Source: Candidatus Aminicenantes bacterium
GTDB lineage: Bacteria > Acidobacteriota > Aminicenantia > Aminicenantales > JAFGBC01
Length of the DNA: 64,000 nt
Direction of reading: 5' to 3'
Assembly: GCA_963702005.1 (NCBI GenBank)
Contig: OY969696.1
Location: forward strand, 64,001 to 128,000
The notes below the pieces were generated by a model. That model saw nothing but the letters and a program-made list of their open reading frames with translations. It did no database searches and had not been told where the DNA came from. A program made the translations under genes and the position numbers. Below, in pieces: positions 10,279-21,670 of this stretch. Every line of letters starts with the position of its first letter. Within the stretch, counting starts at the first letter, position 1.

Positions 10279-11574
10279 ATGAAATTCGTAGCCGACCTTC
10301 ACATTCATTCGAAATTTTCGCGGGCGACCTCCCGCGACATGACCCTCGACCAACTCGCCTGCTGGGCCGCCGCCAAGGGGATCTCGCTCCTGGCCACCGG
10401 CGACTTCACCCATCCCGAATGGCTGTTCCTGATGAAGGCCAAGCTCGAGTCGACCGGTAACGGATTCTTCCGTCTCAAGAACCTGACCCCGCCCGAGGAC
10501 CCCCAGCTCCAACCGTTCGCGGCCGCGGCCCGCGACATCCGCTTCCTCCTTTCGACCGAGATAAGCTTCATCTATTCCAAAAAGGGCAAGGTCCGCAAGA
10601 TCCATCTCCTGTTGTTCGCGCCCGACTTCGAGTCGGTCGACAAGATCAACGCCCGGCTGGGCGCCGTCGGCAACCTGCGCTCGGACGGCCGGCCCATCCT
10701 GGGCATGGACGTCAAGCCTTTCGTCAAGATCGTCAGCGACCTCTGCCCGGCGGCCGTCGTCGTCCCCTGCCACATCTGGACGCCCTGGTTCTCCCTGTTC
10801 GGCGCCAACTCGGGTTTCGACACCATCGAGGACTGTTTCGAGGAGATGACGCCGCAGTTGTTCGCCATGGAAACCGGCCTCTCCTCGGACCCGGCCATGA
10901 ACTGGCGGCTGTCGGCCCTCGACCGCTACGTCCTCATCTCGAATTCGGACGCCCACTCGCCGTCCCGGATCGGCCGCGAGTCCAACGTCTTCGACACGGA
11001 TTTCAGCTACAAGGGTCTCGTCGACGCTCTCCGCTCCAAAGACCCCGCCAAGTTCCTGTATACGGTCGAGTTTTTTCCGGAGGAGGGCAAGTACCACTAC
11101 GACGGGCACCGCAAGTGCGGCGTCGTCCTGGCCCCCCGGGAGTCCCTCCAGCAGCGGGACCTCTGTCCCCGCTGCGGAAAGAAGCTGACGATCGGAGTCG
11201 CCCACCGCGTCGAGGAGCTGGCCGATCGGGAGGCGGGCGTCCGGCCGCCCGGCCGGATACCCTTCAAGAACATCGTCCCCCTCAACGAGATCATCGCCGA
11301 AGCCCTGGGCAAGTCGGCCGATTGCCGGAGCGTCTGGGACGTCTATTTCCGGTTCCTGCGCGAGTTCGGGGACGAGCATCGGATCCTGGCCGAAGTCCCG
11401 GCCGACGAGCTCCGGCGTCTCCAGCCGGACGCGGTCGGCCTGGGCGTCGAACGGATGCGGCAGGGGCGCGTCCGAATCCGCCCCGGCCACGACGGCGAGT
11501 ACGGGCGGATCGATGTTCTGAGCGAGGACTCCGGCGGCGACGAGGCCTCCGACGGCCAGCTCAGCCTGTTCTGA
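10279..11574 (+). CDS. Endonuclease Q family PHP-domain protein
   Basis: DLHIHSKFS, TGDFTHP, HIWTPWFS, ETGLSSD, SNSDAHS, GKYHYDGHRKC, CPRCG, PGHDGEYG motifs. Confidence 0.9.
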   Translation: MKFVADLHIHSKFSRATSRDMTLDQLACWAAAKGISLLATGDFTHPEWLFLMKAKLESTGNGFFRLKNLTPPEDPQLQPFAAAARDIRFLLSTEISFIYSKKGKVRKIHLLLFAPDFESVDKINARLGAVGNLRSDGRPILGMDVKPFVKIVSDLCPAAVVVPCHIWTPWFSLFGANSGFDTIEDCFEEMTPQLFAMETGLSSDPAMNWRLSALDRYVLISNSDAHSPSRIGRESNVFDTDFSYKGLVDALRSKDPAKFLYTVEFFPEEGKYHYDGHRKCGVVLAPRESLQQRDLCPRCGKKLTIGVAHRVEELADREAGVRPPGRIPFKNIVPLNEIIAEALGKSADCRSVWDVYFRFLREFGDEHRILAEVPADELRRLQPDAVGLGVERMRQGRVRIRPGHDGEYGRIDVLSEDSGGDEASDGQLSLF

Positions 11575-11696
11575 GCCCCAGGCGTTTCGCTTGTACTCAT
11601 GGAGCCGTACTAACGGCCCATGAGTGCGCCCCCCTAAGTTGACAACCCGGGGAGGGGATCGTATATTAGGACTGACCCCGATAAGGAGAACGGACG

Positions 11697-12182
11697 ATGG
11701 AAATCGAGATGAAGATCAAGGGCCTCGTCGTGGACCCCATCTCCAAGATGCCCATCGTCGTCCTCGAAGACCCCGCCGGCGACCGGATCCTCCCGATCTG
11801 GATCGGCGTCTTCGAGGCCAACGCGATCGCCCTGACCATCGAGAACATCCCCACCCCCCGTCCGATGACCCACGACCTCATGAAAAATTTCCTGAACAAG
11901 CTCGAAATCGACCTGGAGAAGATCGTCGTCAGCGACGTCCGCAACAACACCTTCTATGCCCTCCTCCACTGCCGCCACAAGGACGCCCGCCTCGTCATCG
12001 ACTCGCGGCCTTCCGACGCGATCGCCCTCGCCCTCCGCATGAAATCCCCGATCTTCGTCGAGGAAGACGTCGTCGAGAAGGCCCAGAGCCTCAAGCTCGA
12101 CGAAAACCTGGAAAGCTCGGAGCGGCTCAAGAAATGGCTCGAAGGCCTCAAAGCCGAGGACTTCGGCAAATATAAAATGTAG
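11697..12182 (+). CDS. Bifunctional nuclease family protein (DUF151)
   Basis: LPIWIG..EANAI, RPMTHDL, DSRPSDAIALA motifs. Confidence 0.92.
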   Translation: MEIEMKIKGLVVDPISKMPIVVLEDPAGDRILPIWIGVFEANAIALTIENIPTPRPMTHDLMKNFLNKLEIDLEKIVVSDVRNNTFYALLHCRHKDARLVIDSRPSDAIALALRMKSPIFVEEDVVEKAQSLKLDENLESSERLKKWLEGLKAEDFGKYKM

Positions 12183-12189
12183 GACCGCC

Positions 12190-12507
12190 GCTAGTTGCGC
12201 GTCCCCCCAATATCGTGCACTCATGAAGGGACTCCCCTGAACGCGCAACCGCCGGGGAGTTTGAGGGGGGCGGAGTGGCCCCCCTCAGGGGTTCAGCGGA
12301 GCGCCGAAGGGGGAGCTTGACTCCCCCTTGGAAGTGCCCCGGCCCTGCGAAATCACTGAAGCTCCACGGACTCACGTCCGTGGGACCTACTCTTTGCAGG
12401 CGTTGGAGCGCCTGTCCCCGAAGCGGGGAATTCGCTATTCCTCCACGGACTAACGTCTGTGGAATCCCGCGAAGGGGATTGAATAAGAAACGTATGGGAC
12501 GGGGCAC
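12190..12507. repeat. Palindrome-rich intergenic element (REP/MITE-like)
   Basis: Outer IR GTGCCCCGGCCC (12334)/GGGACGGGGCAC (12496-12507) enclosing two copies of CCACGGACT(C/A)ACGTC(C/T)GTGG (12364, 12443); extra hairpin AAGGGGGAG/CTCCCCCTT at 12307-12329. Confidence 0.55.
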
Positions 12508-14897
12508 TAGGTCCGGAGGCGGAAGAGCAGGTAGAGTCCGGCCAGGCTGAAGATGAGGTTGGGACCCCAGGCCGCCAGGAAGGGCGGCAGGATGGCGACA
12601 TAGCCCAGGCTCCTGAAGACGCCGATCGCCCCCCAGAAGACCATGGCGATGACGATGCTCGTCCCGATGCCGACCAGCGTCCCCCGCTTCCCCATCGTGA
12701 AGGCGAAGGGCAGGCCGAGCAAGGTCATGACCAGACAGACGAACGGGAAAGCGACCTTGGCGGCCAGGTCGACCTTGAAGCGGCCGACTTCGAAATCGAG
12801 GTCGGCGATCTCCCGGATGTAAGCGCGCAGCTCCCGGGCGTTCATCTGGGACGGCTCCTTCCACTCCTTGAGGAAGAAAGCCTCGTCCTCGACGCCGCTC
12901 AGGGTCGCCTCGCGCTTCTCGACGTAGCCGACCGACCGCTCGTCGGAGAAATCCCGCTCCCAGCTCTTGGAGAGGTAGAGCGTTCCCTGCTTGAGGACGG
13001 CCTTATCGGCGCTCGTCCGTTTGGCCAGTGTCCAGCGGGCCAGGTCGAGGTCGTAGACGGACAGGCCGCTGAAGACCGCGGAGCGGGGGTCAAAATAAGC
13101 GAAGTGGTAGATGCGGCTCTTGGACCGCCCCAGGACCCAGCGCCGGCTGACCGAGCCGACATTCTGGACCGGCGCGTCCGTGATCCGGTTCCAGATCTCC
13201 TCGGCCTTCCTGTTGGCGGGGGGAAGGAGCCGCTCCTGGACGAAGAGCGAGGCGACGCCCAGCAAGACGGCCAGGACGACGACCGGGACGACCAGCCGAT
13301 AGACGCTGATCCCGCAGGCCTTCATGGCGGTGACCTCGTTGAACTTGGTCAGGAATCCGATCGTCAGCAGCGCGGTCGTCAAGGCCGCGATCGGCAGGAC
13401 GTAGGTCGTGAATTCGGGCGTCTTCATGATCATGAATTGAAACAGGAGGCTGAGCGGCTTCCGGTTCTCGTAGATTTTGTCGATCCGCTCGAAGAAGGTC
13501 ACGATGAACGAGATGAGGAGCAGGCTCAGAAAGACGAGGGCCAGGATACCCGTATACTTGCGCATGACGTAGCGGTCGAGGATATTGGGGAAGGCCAGGG
13601 ACCGCCGCCGCCGGAGCCTCGGTTCGCGCTCGGCCTCCCGGCCGGCCTTCCGCGCCGAAAGCCTGAGAAGCGCGCCGCGCCCGCGCGGAAGCAGGCTGCG
13701 TTCCCGAAGGGCCAGGACGAACAGGACGGCGGCGGCCAAGGCCAGCAGGATATCCGGACCCCACATCCCCAGCCAGGGCGCCACCCGTCCGTCCATGGCC
13801 ATTTTCTCGCCGGCCGTGATCAGGACGTAGTAAATCAGGATGACGGCCAGGCTGATCGTGAAGCCCGAGCTCCGGCCTCCCTTCCGGGACGAGACGCCCA
13901 GGGGCAGGCTCAGAAAACAGAAGATGACGCAGACGAAGGGCAGGGCGAACTTCTTGTGGACCTCGACCAGGTGCGACCTGCGTTCCCGGCTCCGGCTCTC
14001 GAGACGGAAGGCGATCTCCTTGAGCTTGTCCGCGGACTTCGCTTGAGGGCTCCGCTCCAGGGCCAGCCGTTCGGCCCTGAGCGCCGCGCTGTCCTTGTCG
14101 ATGACACGGAGGTCCTTGAAGAGCTCGCCGATGTCCTTCTCCCGGACCCGCTTCGTGCTCGAGATCGCCCCGAAAAAGCTTTCGACGTCGATCTCCTCCT
14201 CCCAGCGTTCGAAGGAGGTCAGGCTGTACTTCTCGGGCGTCCCGGGCGAGTAGGAATGGACGGTACCGTCGAAGAGCTCGAGGGTCGCCCGTTTCCGTTC
14301 GGGGTAGAAATTGAGCCGTCCCCGGTGCGCCAGGATGATCTTGGGCTCCTCGGGAACGGCCAGGGACTGGACGAAGACGTGTTCCCAGTCCTTGCCGGGA
14401 GCGATGTTCTGGACGAACAGGACCAAGCGCGGGAACCGCTCGTTGAACTCTCGGGGGTTGATGGCGACCTGGACCTTGGACAAGACTTGACCGGTCAGCG
14501 TCTGAACCCATTTGTAGTTGGCCCAGGGCGCCACGTAAAGGGCAAGGACCGAGGTCAGCAGCCAGCCGGCCGCCGCGAACAAGAGGAGGGGGCGCAGGAG
14601 GCGGACATAGCTGATCCCCAGCGTTTTAAAAGCCGTGACCTCGAGGTCGCTGGAGAGCCGGCTCAGCCCGGCCAGGGCGCCCATCAGGACGGCCATCGGC
14701 AGCGTGAAGGCCAGGATCGAGGGGATGATATAGGCGAGGATCTCGGCGACCGTCCGGAAGCCGACGCCGTGGGTGATGAACAGCTCCGCCAGGAGAAGGA
14801 TCTGGTTCATGAGGAGGACGAAGGTGTAGACGAGCAGCCCGAGACCGAAGGGGGGCGCGACTTCTTTGAGGATGTAGCGGTCGAAGAGCTTGAACAT
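12507..14897 (-). CDS. Fused LPS export permease LptF-LptG
   Basis: Two tandem YjgP/YjgQ repeats (FDRYILKE... and ILDRYVMRK...), each with E.TA.K..GIS and a C-terminal MWGPD/AWGPN motif. Confidence 0.88.
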   Translation of the reverse strand: MFKLFDRYILKEVAPPFGLGLLVYTFVLLMNQILLLAELFITHGVGFRTVAEILAYIIPSILAFTLPMAVLMGALAGLSRLSSDLEVTAFKTLGISYVRLLRPLLLFAAAGWLLTSVLALYVAPWANYKWVQTLTGQVLSKVQVAINPREFNERFPRLVLFVQNIAPGKDWEHVFVQSLAVPEEPKIILAHRGRLNFYPERKRATLELFDGTVHSYSPGTPEKYSLTSFERWEEEIDVESFFGAISSTKRVREKDIGELFKDLRVIDKDSAALRAERLALERSPQAKSADKLKEIAFRLESRSRERRSHLVEVHKKFALPFVCVIFCFLSLPLGVSSRKGGRSSGFTISLAVILIYYVLITAGEKMAMDGRVAPWLGMWGPDILLALAAAVLFVLALRERSLLPRGRGALLRLSARKAGREAEREPRLRRRRSLAFPNILDRYVMRKYTGILALVFLSLLLISFIVTFFERIDKIYENRKPLSLLFQFMIMKTPEFTTYVLPIAALTTALLTIGFLTKFNEVTAMKACGISVYRLVVPVVVLAVLLGVASLFVQERLLPPANRKAEEIWNRITDAPVQNVGSVSRRWVLGRSKSRIYHFAYFDPRSAVFSGLSVYDLDLARWTLAKRTSADKAVLKQGTLYLSKSWERDFSDERSVGYVEKREATLSGVEDEAFFLKEWKEPSQMNARELRAYIREIADLDFEVGRFKVDLAAKVAFPFVCLVMTLLGLPFAFTMGKRGTLVGIGTSIVIAMVFWGAIGVFRSLGYVAILPPFLAAWGPNLIFSLAGLYLLFRLRT

Positions 14898-14928
14898 TCG
14901 TCCCACTATAGCACAGAAGCAGCCGCCG

Positions 14929-14962
14929 AAAAAAGAAAGGCCCCGGCGCGGGCCCGGGGCCT
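14929..14962 (-). terminator. Terminator of groESL
   Basis: AGGCCCCGG/CCGGGGCCT stem with a T-rich tail on the minus strand. Confidence 0.7.
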
Positions 14963-14997
14963 GGAAAGACGCTAAAAACGAGCTGAGCCGGGAGGCC

Positions 14998-16641
<1,644 letters not shown>

Positions 16642-16929
16642 TCAGGAAAGCTTGGCCAGGATTTCGTCTTCGCGGAGGATGATGTGCTCGACGCCGTCGA
16701 TGGTCACTTCGGTGCCGCTGTACTTCCCGATCAGGACCCGGTCTCCCTTCTTGACTTCAAGGGGAACGACCTTGCCCTCATCGTTGACGCGGCCCTTGCC
16801 CGCCTCGATGACTTCGGCCTCCTGGGGCTTTTCCTTAGCGGTATCGGGGATGATGATACCGCCCCGTTTGACCTCTTTTTCTTCCAAACGCTTCAGAAGA
16901 ACTCTGTCATACAGTGGAAGAACCTTCAT
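16642..16929 (-). CDS. groES: Co-chaperonin GroES
   Basis: [29 protein letters not shown]; directly upstream of groEL. Confidence 0.98.
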   Translation of the reverse strand: MKVLPLYDRVLLKRLEEKEVKRGGIIIPDTAKEKPQEAEVIEAGKGRVNDEGKVVPLEVKKGDRVLIGKYSGTEVTIDGVEHIILREDEILAKLS

Positions 16930-16948
16930 GAATATCTCCTTTTTCATT

Positions 16949-16975
16949 TTAGCAGTCTATTAGAAAGAGTGCTAA
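16949..16975. promoter_or_regulatory. CIRCE (HrcA operator) 1
   Basis: TTAGCAGTC-N9-GAGTGCTAA, one mismatch to TTAGCACTC-N9-GAGTGCTAA. Confidence 0.9.
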
Positions 16976-17003
16976 ATATAGGCTATGAAGCCCGATTTGT
17001 CAA
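16975..17003 (-). promoter_or_regulatory. sigma70 promoter of groESL
   Basis: TTGACA-N17-TATATT on the minus strand, between the two CIRCE sites. Confidence 0.8.
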
Positions 17004-17021
17004 GTGGTTTTGTTGATTGTT

Positions 17022-17048
17022 TTAGCAGACTTGAGCGCGGACTGCTAA
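17022..17048. promoter_or_regulatory. CIRCE-like operator 2
   Basis: TTAGCAGAC-N9-GACTGCTAA, correct spacing, three mismatches. Confidence 0.7.
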
Positions 17049-17278
17049 ATTTTCTTGATCCGGAGGACTTTGATCCGGTTGTGCAGGGTGTTTCGATGGA
17101 CGCCCAGGGCCTTGGCGACCTTAGTGATGTTCCCCTTGTGCTTCTTGAGGGCGGCTTCCAGGCAGACCTTTTCGAACTCCTTGAGGGCGTCCTCCAGCGC
17201 GATCTCTTTATCGACGAGGTCCTTGCTGAGGTTCTCCATCTTCTGATGGAGGGTCAGGTCGCTAATCTTTTTGTCCAT
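17045..17278 (-). CDS. Fis-type HTH protein
   Basis: EFEKVCLEAALKKHKGNITKVAKALGVHRNTLHNRIK, HTH_8 pattern. Confidence 0.85.
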   Translation of the reverse strand: MDKKISDLTLHQKMENLSKDLVDKEIALEDALKEFEKVCLEAALKKHKGNITKVAKALGVHRNTLHNRIKVLRIKKI

Positions 17279-17798
17279 GGTCTTCCGCGCTTTCTTTGAT
17301 GGCGAGATAGGTCTCCTTGAACTTCGCCTTGAGTTCCGCCGGGATGAGGAGGATAGCGGTCCGGGCGACTTGGTAGGATATCGGCGCCAGCTGCGACTCC
17401 TTGACCCCCCCACGGTCGATGGGAAAGACGACGAGAGCCAGGACGCAAACCACGCAGATGAGGACGCCCTTGACGAATCCCAGAAATCCGCCCAGGACGT
17501 GATCCATGAAATGGAGGGGCCCCTTCATGAGCTTCGAGATCAGGGCCCCGAGTGCCCATCCTAAGAACAGCACGACAAGGAACACGAACAGAAATCCGAT
17601 AAGGTTGGCCCAAAGCGGACTCGAGATGACGATCTGGACGACCCGGGCGAACGTCCGGTAGTATTGACTGGCCAGGATGAGGCCGCCGATCGCGGCCGCG
17701 ATCCCGACGAGCGACCGGACAAAGCCCTTGATCAGGCCCGCTATGACGGTCGCCAGAAGGATGACGATAAGGACGATGTCGAGCCAATTAACTCCCAT
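17262..17798 (-). CDS. cvpA: CvpA family membrane protein
   Basis: NWLDIV..., GLIKGFVRSL, DHVLGGFLGFVKG. Confidence 0.88.
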   Translation of the reverse strand: MGVNWLDIVLIVILLATVIAGLIKGFVRSLVGIAAAIGGLILASQYYRTFARVVQIVISSPLWANLIGFLFVFLVVLFLGWALGALISKLMKGPLHFMDHVLGGFLGFVKGVLICVVCVLALVVFPIDRGGVKESQLAPISYQVARTAILLIPAELKAKFKETYLAIKESAEDHGQKD

Positions 17799-18695
17799 CT
17801 ACCCCCTCCTCCTTTTTTGCAGCTCTTCGATCATCCAATACTGTCCATCGGAGAGCGAGCCGAACGTGACGTTCGGCTTGATCCTTCCGTGAAAATCCGA
17901 CCCGGCCGTGGGGACGAGGTCGAGCGTCCGGGCCAGCTCCTTGTAGAACAGGACCTGCTCCCGGTTGTGGTAGGACGTGTAGACTTCGATCCCGGCCAAG
18001 CCGCGCTCTTTGAGGGCGACCAGGTCCTCCCGGGTCGTGTTCTGGAAATAGGCGCCGGGGTGGCTGAGGACGCCCACCCCGCCCAGCGCGGGCACCGCGT
18101 CGAGGACTTCGACGAGAGGAACGTGCCTTTTAGGGACATAGGCCGGCATCCCCTCGGCGAAATAATCCCGGTAGAAGAGATAGGGACCGAACTCCCGGTT
18201 CTCCTCGTTTAAATAATATTTAAGGGCGGGCGGCGCCGCGCCGTTCCCGGCCGCCTTGTCGAGCAGGATCTGGGCGATCTTGACGCCCAAGGGCGGAGTG
18301 CCGTCCGTGGCGCGGATGACCTCGGTCCAGTCGATCTCGAACCCGAGCTCCCGGAGCTTCCCGACTCGTTCCCGGGCTTCCTCGAGCCGGGCCGTCGTGA
18401 CGCGGGCCGACAGCTCGGCCACGGTCCGGCCCTGCCAGCCCACGAATGGGACCAAGAGGTGGAATTCCCGCTGATCCTCGCCGAAGAGGGTCGTTAACTC
18501 GATGCTGGGGACGACCTCGACGCCCTCGACCCGGCCCGCCTCCAAGGCCTCCGGATAGGCGGCGACCGTGTCGTGATCGGCGATCGCGATGGCCCGCATC
18601 CCGCTCGCCCGGGCCATCCGGACCAGCTCGGCCGGCGCGAAATCGCCGTCGCAGCTCCGGTTGGAGTGGATGTGGAGGTCGACCGTTCCCGGCAT
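17799..18695 (-). CDS. PHP domain phosphoesterase (TrpH/YciV-like)
   Basis: DLHIHSNRSCDG, IADHDT, LSHPG, TAGSDFHG. Confidence 0.88.
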   Translation of the reverse strand: MPGTVDLHIHSNRSCDGDFAPAELVRMARASGMRAIAIADHDTVAAYPEALEAGRVEGVEVVPSIELTTLFGEDQREFHLLVPFVGWQGRTVAELSARVTTARLEEARERVGKLRELGFEIDWTEVIRATDGTPPLGVKIAQILLDKAAGNGAAPPALKYYLNEENREFGPYLFYRDYFAEGMPAYVPKRHVPLVEVLDAVPALGGVGVLSHPGAYFQNTTREDLVALKERGLAGIEVYTSYHNREQVLFYKELARTLDLVPTAGSDFHGRIKPNVTFGSLSDGQYWMIEELQKRRRG

Positions 18696-19585
18696 TAGAG
18701 CTCGTTTCGGTCCGTCAGCCGCTTGTAGATATCGAGATAACGCTTGGCCGTCTGCCGGATAATCGCGGCCGGCAGGGGCGGCGGCGGAGTCGTCTTGTCC
18801 CAGGGCGTGCTTTCCAGATAGTCGCGGACGAATTGTTTGTCCAGGCTGGGCTGGCCCCGGCCGGGGGCATAGGTCTCGAGCGGCCAGAATCGGGAGGAGT
18901 CCGGGGTGAAGATCTCGTCGATAAGGATGAGCTCCTCGCCGTCGAGGCCGAACTCGAACTTGGTGTCGGCGATGATGATGCCTTTGTTGAGGGCATGGAG
19001 GAGAGCTTTATGGTAAAGCTCGAGGCTGACCTTCCGGATCTTTTGGGCCAGGGCGCTCCCGACCCGCTTCTCCATCTCCCGGAAAGAGATGTTCTCGTCG
19101 TGGCCGGCCTCGGCTTTGGTCGAAGGCGTGAAGATGGGCTCCGGAAGCTGGTCCGACTCGACGAGGCCTTTGGCCAGCTTGATGCCGCAGACCTTTCCGC
19201 CGGTCTTGTATTCTTTCCAGCCCGACCCGGCCAGGTAGCCGCGGACGACGCACTCGATCGGGACGACCGAGGTCTTGCGGACGAGCATGGACCTCTTGTC
19301 GAGGAGGCGGCGGAATTTTTTGATGGCGATCGGGAACGCCTCGACATCGGCCGTCACCAAATGGTTGGCGCAGACGAGAGCCGTCGTCTCGAACCAGAAC
19401 TTGGAAAGCTGGGTCAGGACCTTCCCCTTGCCCGGGATGAGCGAAGGCAGGATGAAGTCGAAGGCGGAGATGCGGTCCGTCGCCACAATCAGGAGCTCGT
19501 CCCCGAGATCGTAGACGTCGCGGACCTTGCCCTTCTTGTGGAGCGGAACGCCCGGAAGAGAAATGTCGGCCAGCGGCTTTTCCAT
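18695..19585 (-). CDS. purC: SAICAR synthase
   Basis: GKVRDVY, TDRISAFD, ECVVRGYLAGSGW, IADTKFEFG, DEIFTPDSSRFW, DKQFVRDYL. Confidence 0.97.
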   Translation of the reverse strand: MEKPLADISLPGVPLHKKGKVRDVYDLGDELLIVATDRISAFDFILPSLIPGKGKVLTQLSKFWFETTALVCANHLVTADVEAFPIAIKKFRRLLDKRSMLVRKTSVVPIECVVRGYLAGSGWKEYKTGGKVCGIKLAKGLVESDQLPEPIFTPSTKAEAGHDENISFREMEKRVGSALAQKIRKVSLELYHKALLHALNKGIIIADTKFEFGLDGEELILIDEIFTPDSSRFWPLETYAPGRGQPSLDKQFVRDYLESTPWDKTTPPPPLPAAIIRQTAKRYLDIYKRLTDRNEL

Positions 19586-19653
19586 AATGAGTAAGAATAA
19601 AGAAAATAAAGGGAAAAAGCAACTCAACCACTCATGCAAGCGCATTGCGATCT

Positions 19654-20376
19654 TTAAGATCGAGCGATGCCGATGAAGCTCGCCATCCGGGAATTTTTAT
19701 CCCGATCGCGGCGGAAGGAGAGGAGGCCCGGCTCGCAGTGCGTGCAGGACGCGACCGAGACGATATTCGCTTCCGGGACGCCGGCCGCCCGCAGCGAAGC
19801 GACGTTGGCCGCGCGCAGGGCGAAGAGATAACGGCCTCGGCCCGGACCGAGCTCCCGGAACAAGGAACCGGGAAATCGTTCCCGGGCGAATGCGGAGCGG
19901 ACGTCGTCTCCGACTTCGTAGCAGTCTCCGCCGATGCAGGGCCCGAGGGCGGCCAGGAGGCCGTCCGGCGTCGCCCCGTACCGCCCGGCGAGAATCTCGA
20001 GCGTCCTCGCCAGGATCCGGCGCAGCGTTCCGCGCCAGCCGCAGTGGACGGCCGCGACGACGCGCCTCGCCTCGTCGACGAGAAGGACGGGAAGGCAATC
20101 GGCCGTCTTCACGACCAGGAGGACGAGGGGCAGGGCGGTGACCAGGGCGTCGCCGGACAGCTTGGTCGCGGCCGCCTTCTCGACGTTGCCGGCGTCGATG
20201 ACATGAACGATATCGGAGTGAATCTGCTTGAGGACGACCGCGCGGAATCCGTCCCGGTCGGACAGGGTTTTAACGTCTTTGGGGGTCCAAGCGGCCGTCC
20301 CGAACCCGTGGACGAGCCCGGGAACGCGGTCGAGCCGCGGAACCGTCAAGTAGGGGGTGCCGTTGTTCGAGAGCAT
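19654..20376 (-). CDS. pgeF: Peptidoglycan editing factor / purine nucleoside phosphorylase PgeF (YfiH)
   Basis: QIHS, TADCLPV, HCGWRG, GPCIGGDCYEVG, SFRR. Confidence 0.9.
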   Translation of the reverse strand: MLSNNGTPYLTVPRLDRVPGLVHGFGTAAWTPKDVKTLSDRDGFRAVVLKQIHSDIVHVIDAGNVEKAAATKLSGDALVTALPLVLLVVKTADCLPVLLVDEARRVVAAVHCGWRGTLRRILARTLEILAGRYGATPDGLLAALGPCIGGDCYEVGDDVRSAFARERFPGSLFRELGPGRGRYLFALRAANVASLRAAGVPEANIVSVASCTHCEPGLLSFRRDRDKNSRMASFIGIARS

Positions 20377-20427
20377 CTTCTTTCTTATACAGGGAGAGTC
20401 CTACCGTTTGCAACACCCGGGGCCGCC

Positions 20428-20456
20428 TTGACAAAGGGGGCGGCTTCGGGTATAAA
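20428..20456 (+). promoter_or_regulatory. sigma70 promoter of rpsU
   Basis: TTGACA-N17-TATAAA. Confidence 0.75.
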
Positions 20457-20489
20457 ATACGACTCTTGCCGACAAGGAGGTGAGTCCGT

Positions 20490-20696
20490 TTGGCATTTAT
20501 CGTCATTGACGAAGGCGAATCCTTAGAAAGCGCCCTCAAGCGGTTCAAGAGGAAGGTCCAGCAGGAAGCCATCATCAAGGAGATCAAGAGACATTCCGTC
20601 TACTTCAAACCCGGCGAACGACGCCGGATGAAAGCCGCCCAGGCGCGCAAGAGGATGCGCCGTCGCATCAAGCGCGAACGCGATTTCGAGTACTGA
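20490..20696 (+). CDS. rpsU: 30S ribosomal protein S21
   Basis: GESLESALKRFKRKVQ..., YFKPGERRR; AGGAGGTG RBS, TTG start. Confidence 0.95.
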   Translation: MAFIVIDEGESLESALKRFKRKVQQEAIIKEIKRHSVYFKPGERRRMKAAQARKRMRRRIKRERDFEY

Positions 20697-20745
20697 GCCC
20701 GGACATCAGCCTTTTGAGTCGGAATCCTCGGTCGATCGGGATTCA

Positions 20746-21666
20746 TTGGCCGCCGTCATGACAACCGCTCAGCGAGAGGACTGCTCCGGTCCGCGGGCGG
20801 CCGCCCTGCCTCGCAAGCCTTCCTGGCTCAAAATCGAAAGGCCCACGCGGCGGACCTTTTTTGTCGTCGCCGACCTCCTGGGCCGCCACGGCCTGGAGAC
20901 GATCTGCAGCAACGCCCGCTGTCCCAACGCCGCGGAATGCTGGTCGGAGGGGACGGCGACCTTCCTGATCCTGGGACGAACCTGCACCCGGAGCTGCGCC
21001 TTCTGCGCGGTCGCCAAGGGCGTCCCGGCCCCGCCGCGGCCCGAGGAGCCGGCGGCGCTGGCCTCGGCCGTCCGGGCCCTCGGCTTGCGCTACGTCGTCA
21101 TCACTTCGGTGACCCGGGACGACCTCGCCGACGGAGGGGCCGGCCATTTCAGCGCTTCCGTCCGAGCCGTCAAGGCCGCGGAGGAGGGGCTAAAGGTCGA
21201 GGTCCTCATTCCCGATTTCGGCGGCGACGCCCGTGCCCTGCGAACGGTCATCGAATCCGGGCCCGATGTCGTCAATCATAACCTCGAAACGACCGAGGCC
21301 GTCTATCCCAAGATCGGCCGGCCCACCGCGAACTACACCCGCTCGCTCGAAGTCCTAACCCGGGCCAAGGCCTTTGGCGCAACGACGAAGTCCGGCCTCA
21401 TGGTCGGGCTGGGCGAGACACGGGACGATCTCGTCCGCGCCTTCCGCGATCTCAGGACGGCCGGATGCGACCTCCTCACGGTCGGCCAGTACCTTCAGCC
21501 CGCCCGGGGGGCTTTGCCCGTCGTCCGTTACTATGACCCGGCCGAGTTCGCTGAGCTTAAAAGCCTCGCCCTGGGCTTGGGCTTCAAGGGCGCCGTCGCC
21601 GGCCCGCTCGTCCGGAGCTCCTATCACGCCCAACGGCTGTCCGACGCTTCGGGCCAAAGGAATTGA
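20746..21666 (+). CDS. lipA: Lipoyl synthase
   Basis: Cx4Cx5C (CSNARCPNAAEC), CxxxCxxC (CTRSCAFC), VTRDDLADGGA, VRSSYHA. Confidence 0.95.
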   Translation: MAAVMTTAQREDCSGPRAAALPRKPSWLKIERPTRRTFFVVADLLGRHGLETICSNARCPNAAECWSEGTATFLILGRTCTRSCAFCAVAKGVPAPPRPEEPAALASAVRALGLRYVVITSVTRDDLADGGAGHFSASVRAVKAAEEGLKVEVLIPDFGGDARALRTVIESGPDVVNHNLETTEAVYPKIGRPTANYTRSLEVLTRAKAFGATTKSGLMVGLGETRDDLVRAFRDLRTAGCDLLTVGQYLQPARGALPVVRYYDPAEFAELKSLALGLGFKGAVAGPLVRSSYHAQRLSDASGQRN

Positions 21667-21670
21667 TTCC

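Noticed and set aside
12190-12507. 6S RNA or CRISPR array
   Set aside because: Only two repeat copies, no spacer series, no cas genes; I could not fit a 6S central bubble
12507-14897. LptF-LptG fusion as a novelty
   Set aside because: Such fusions are already known in Acidobacteriota-type genomes
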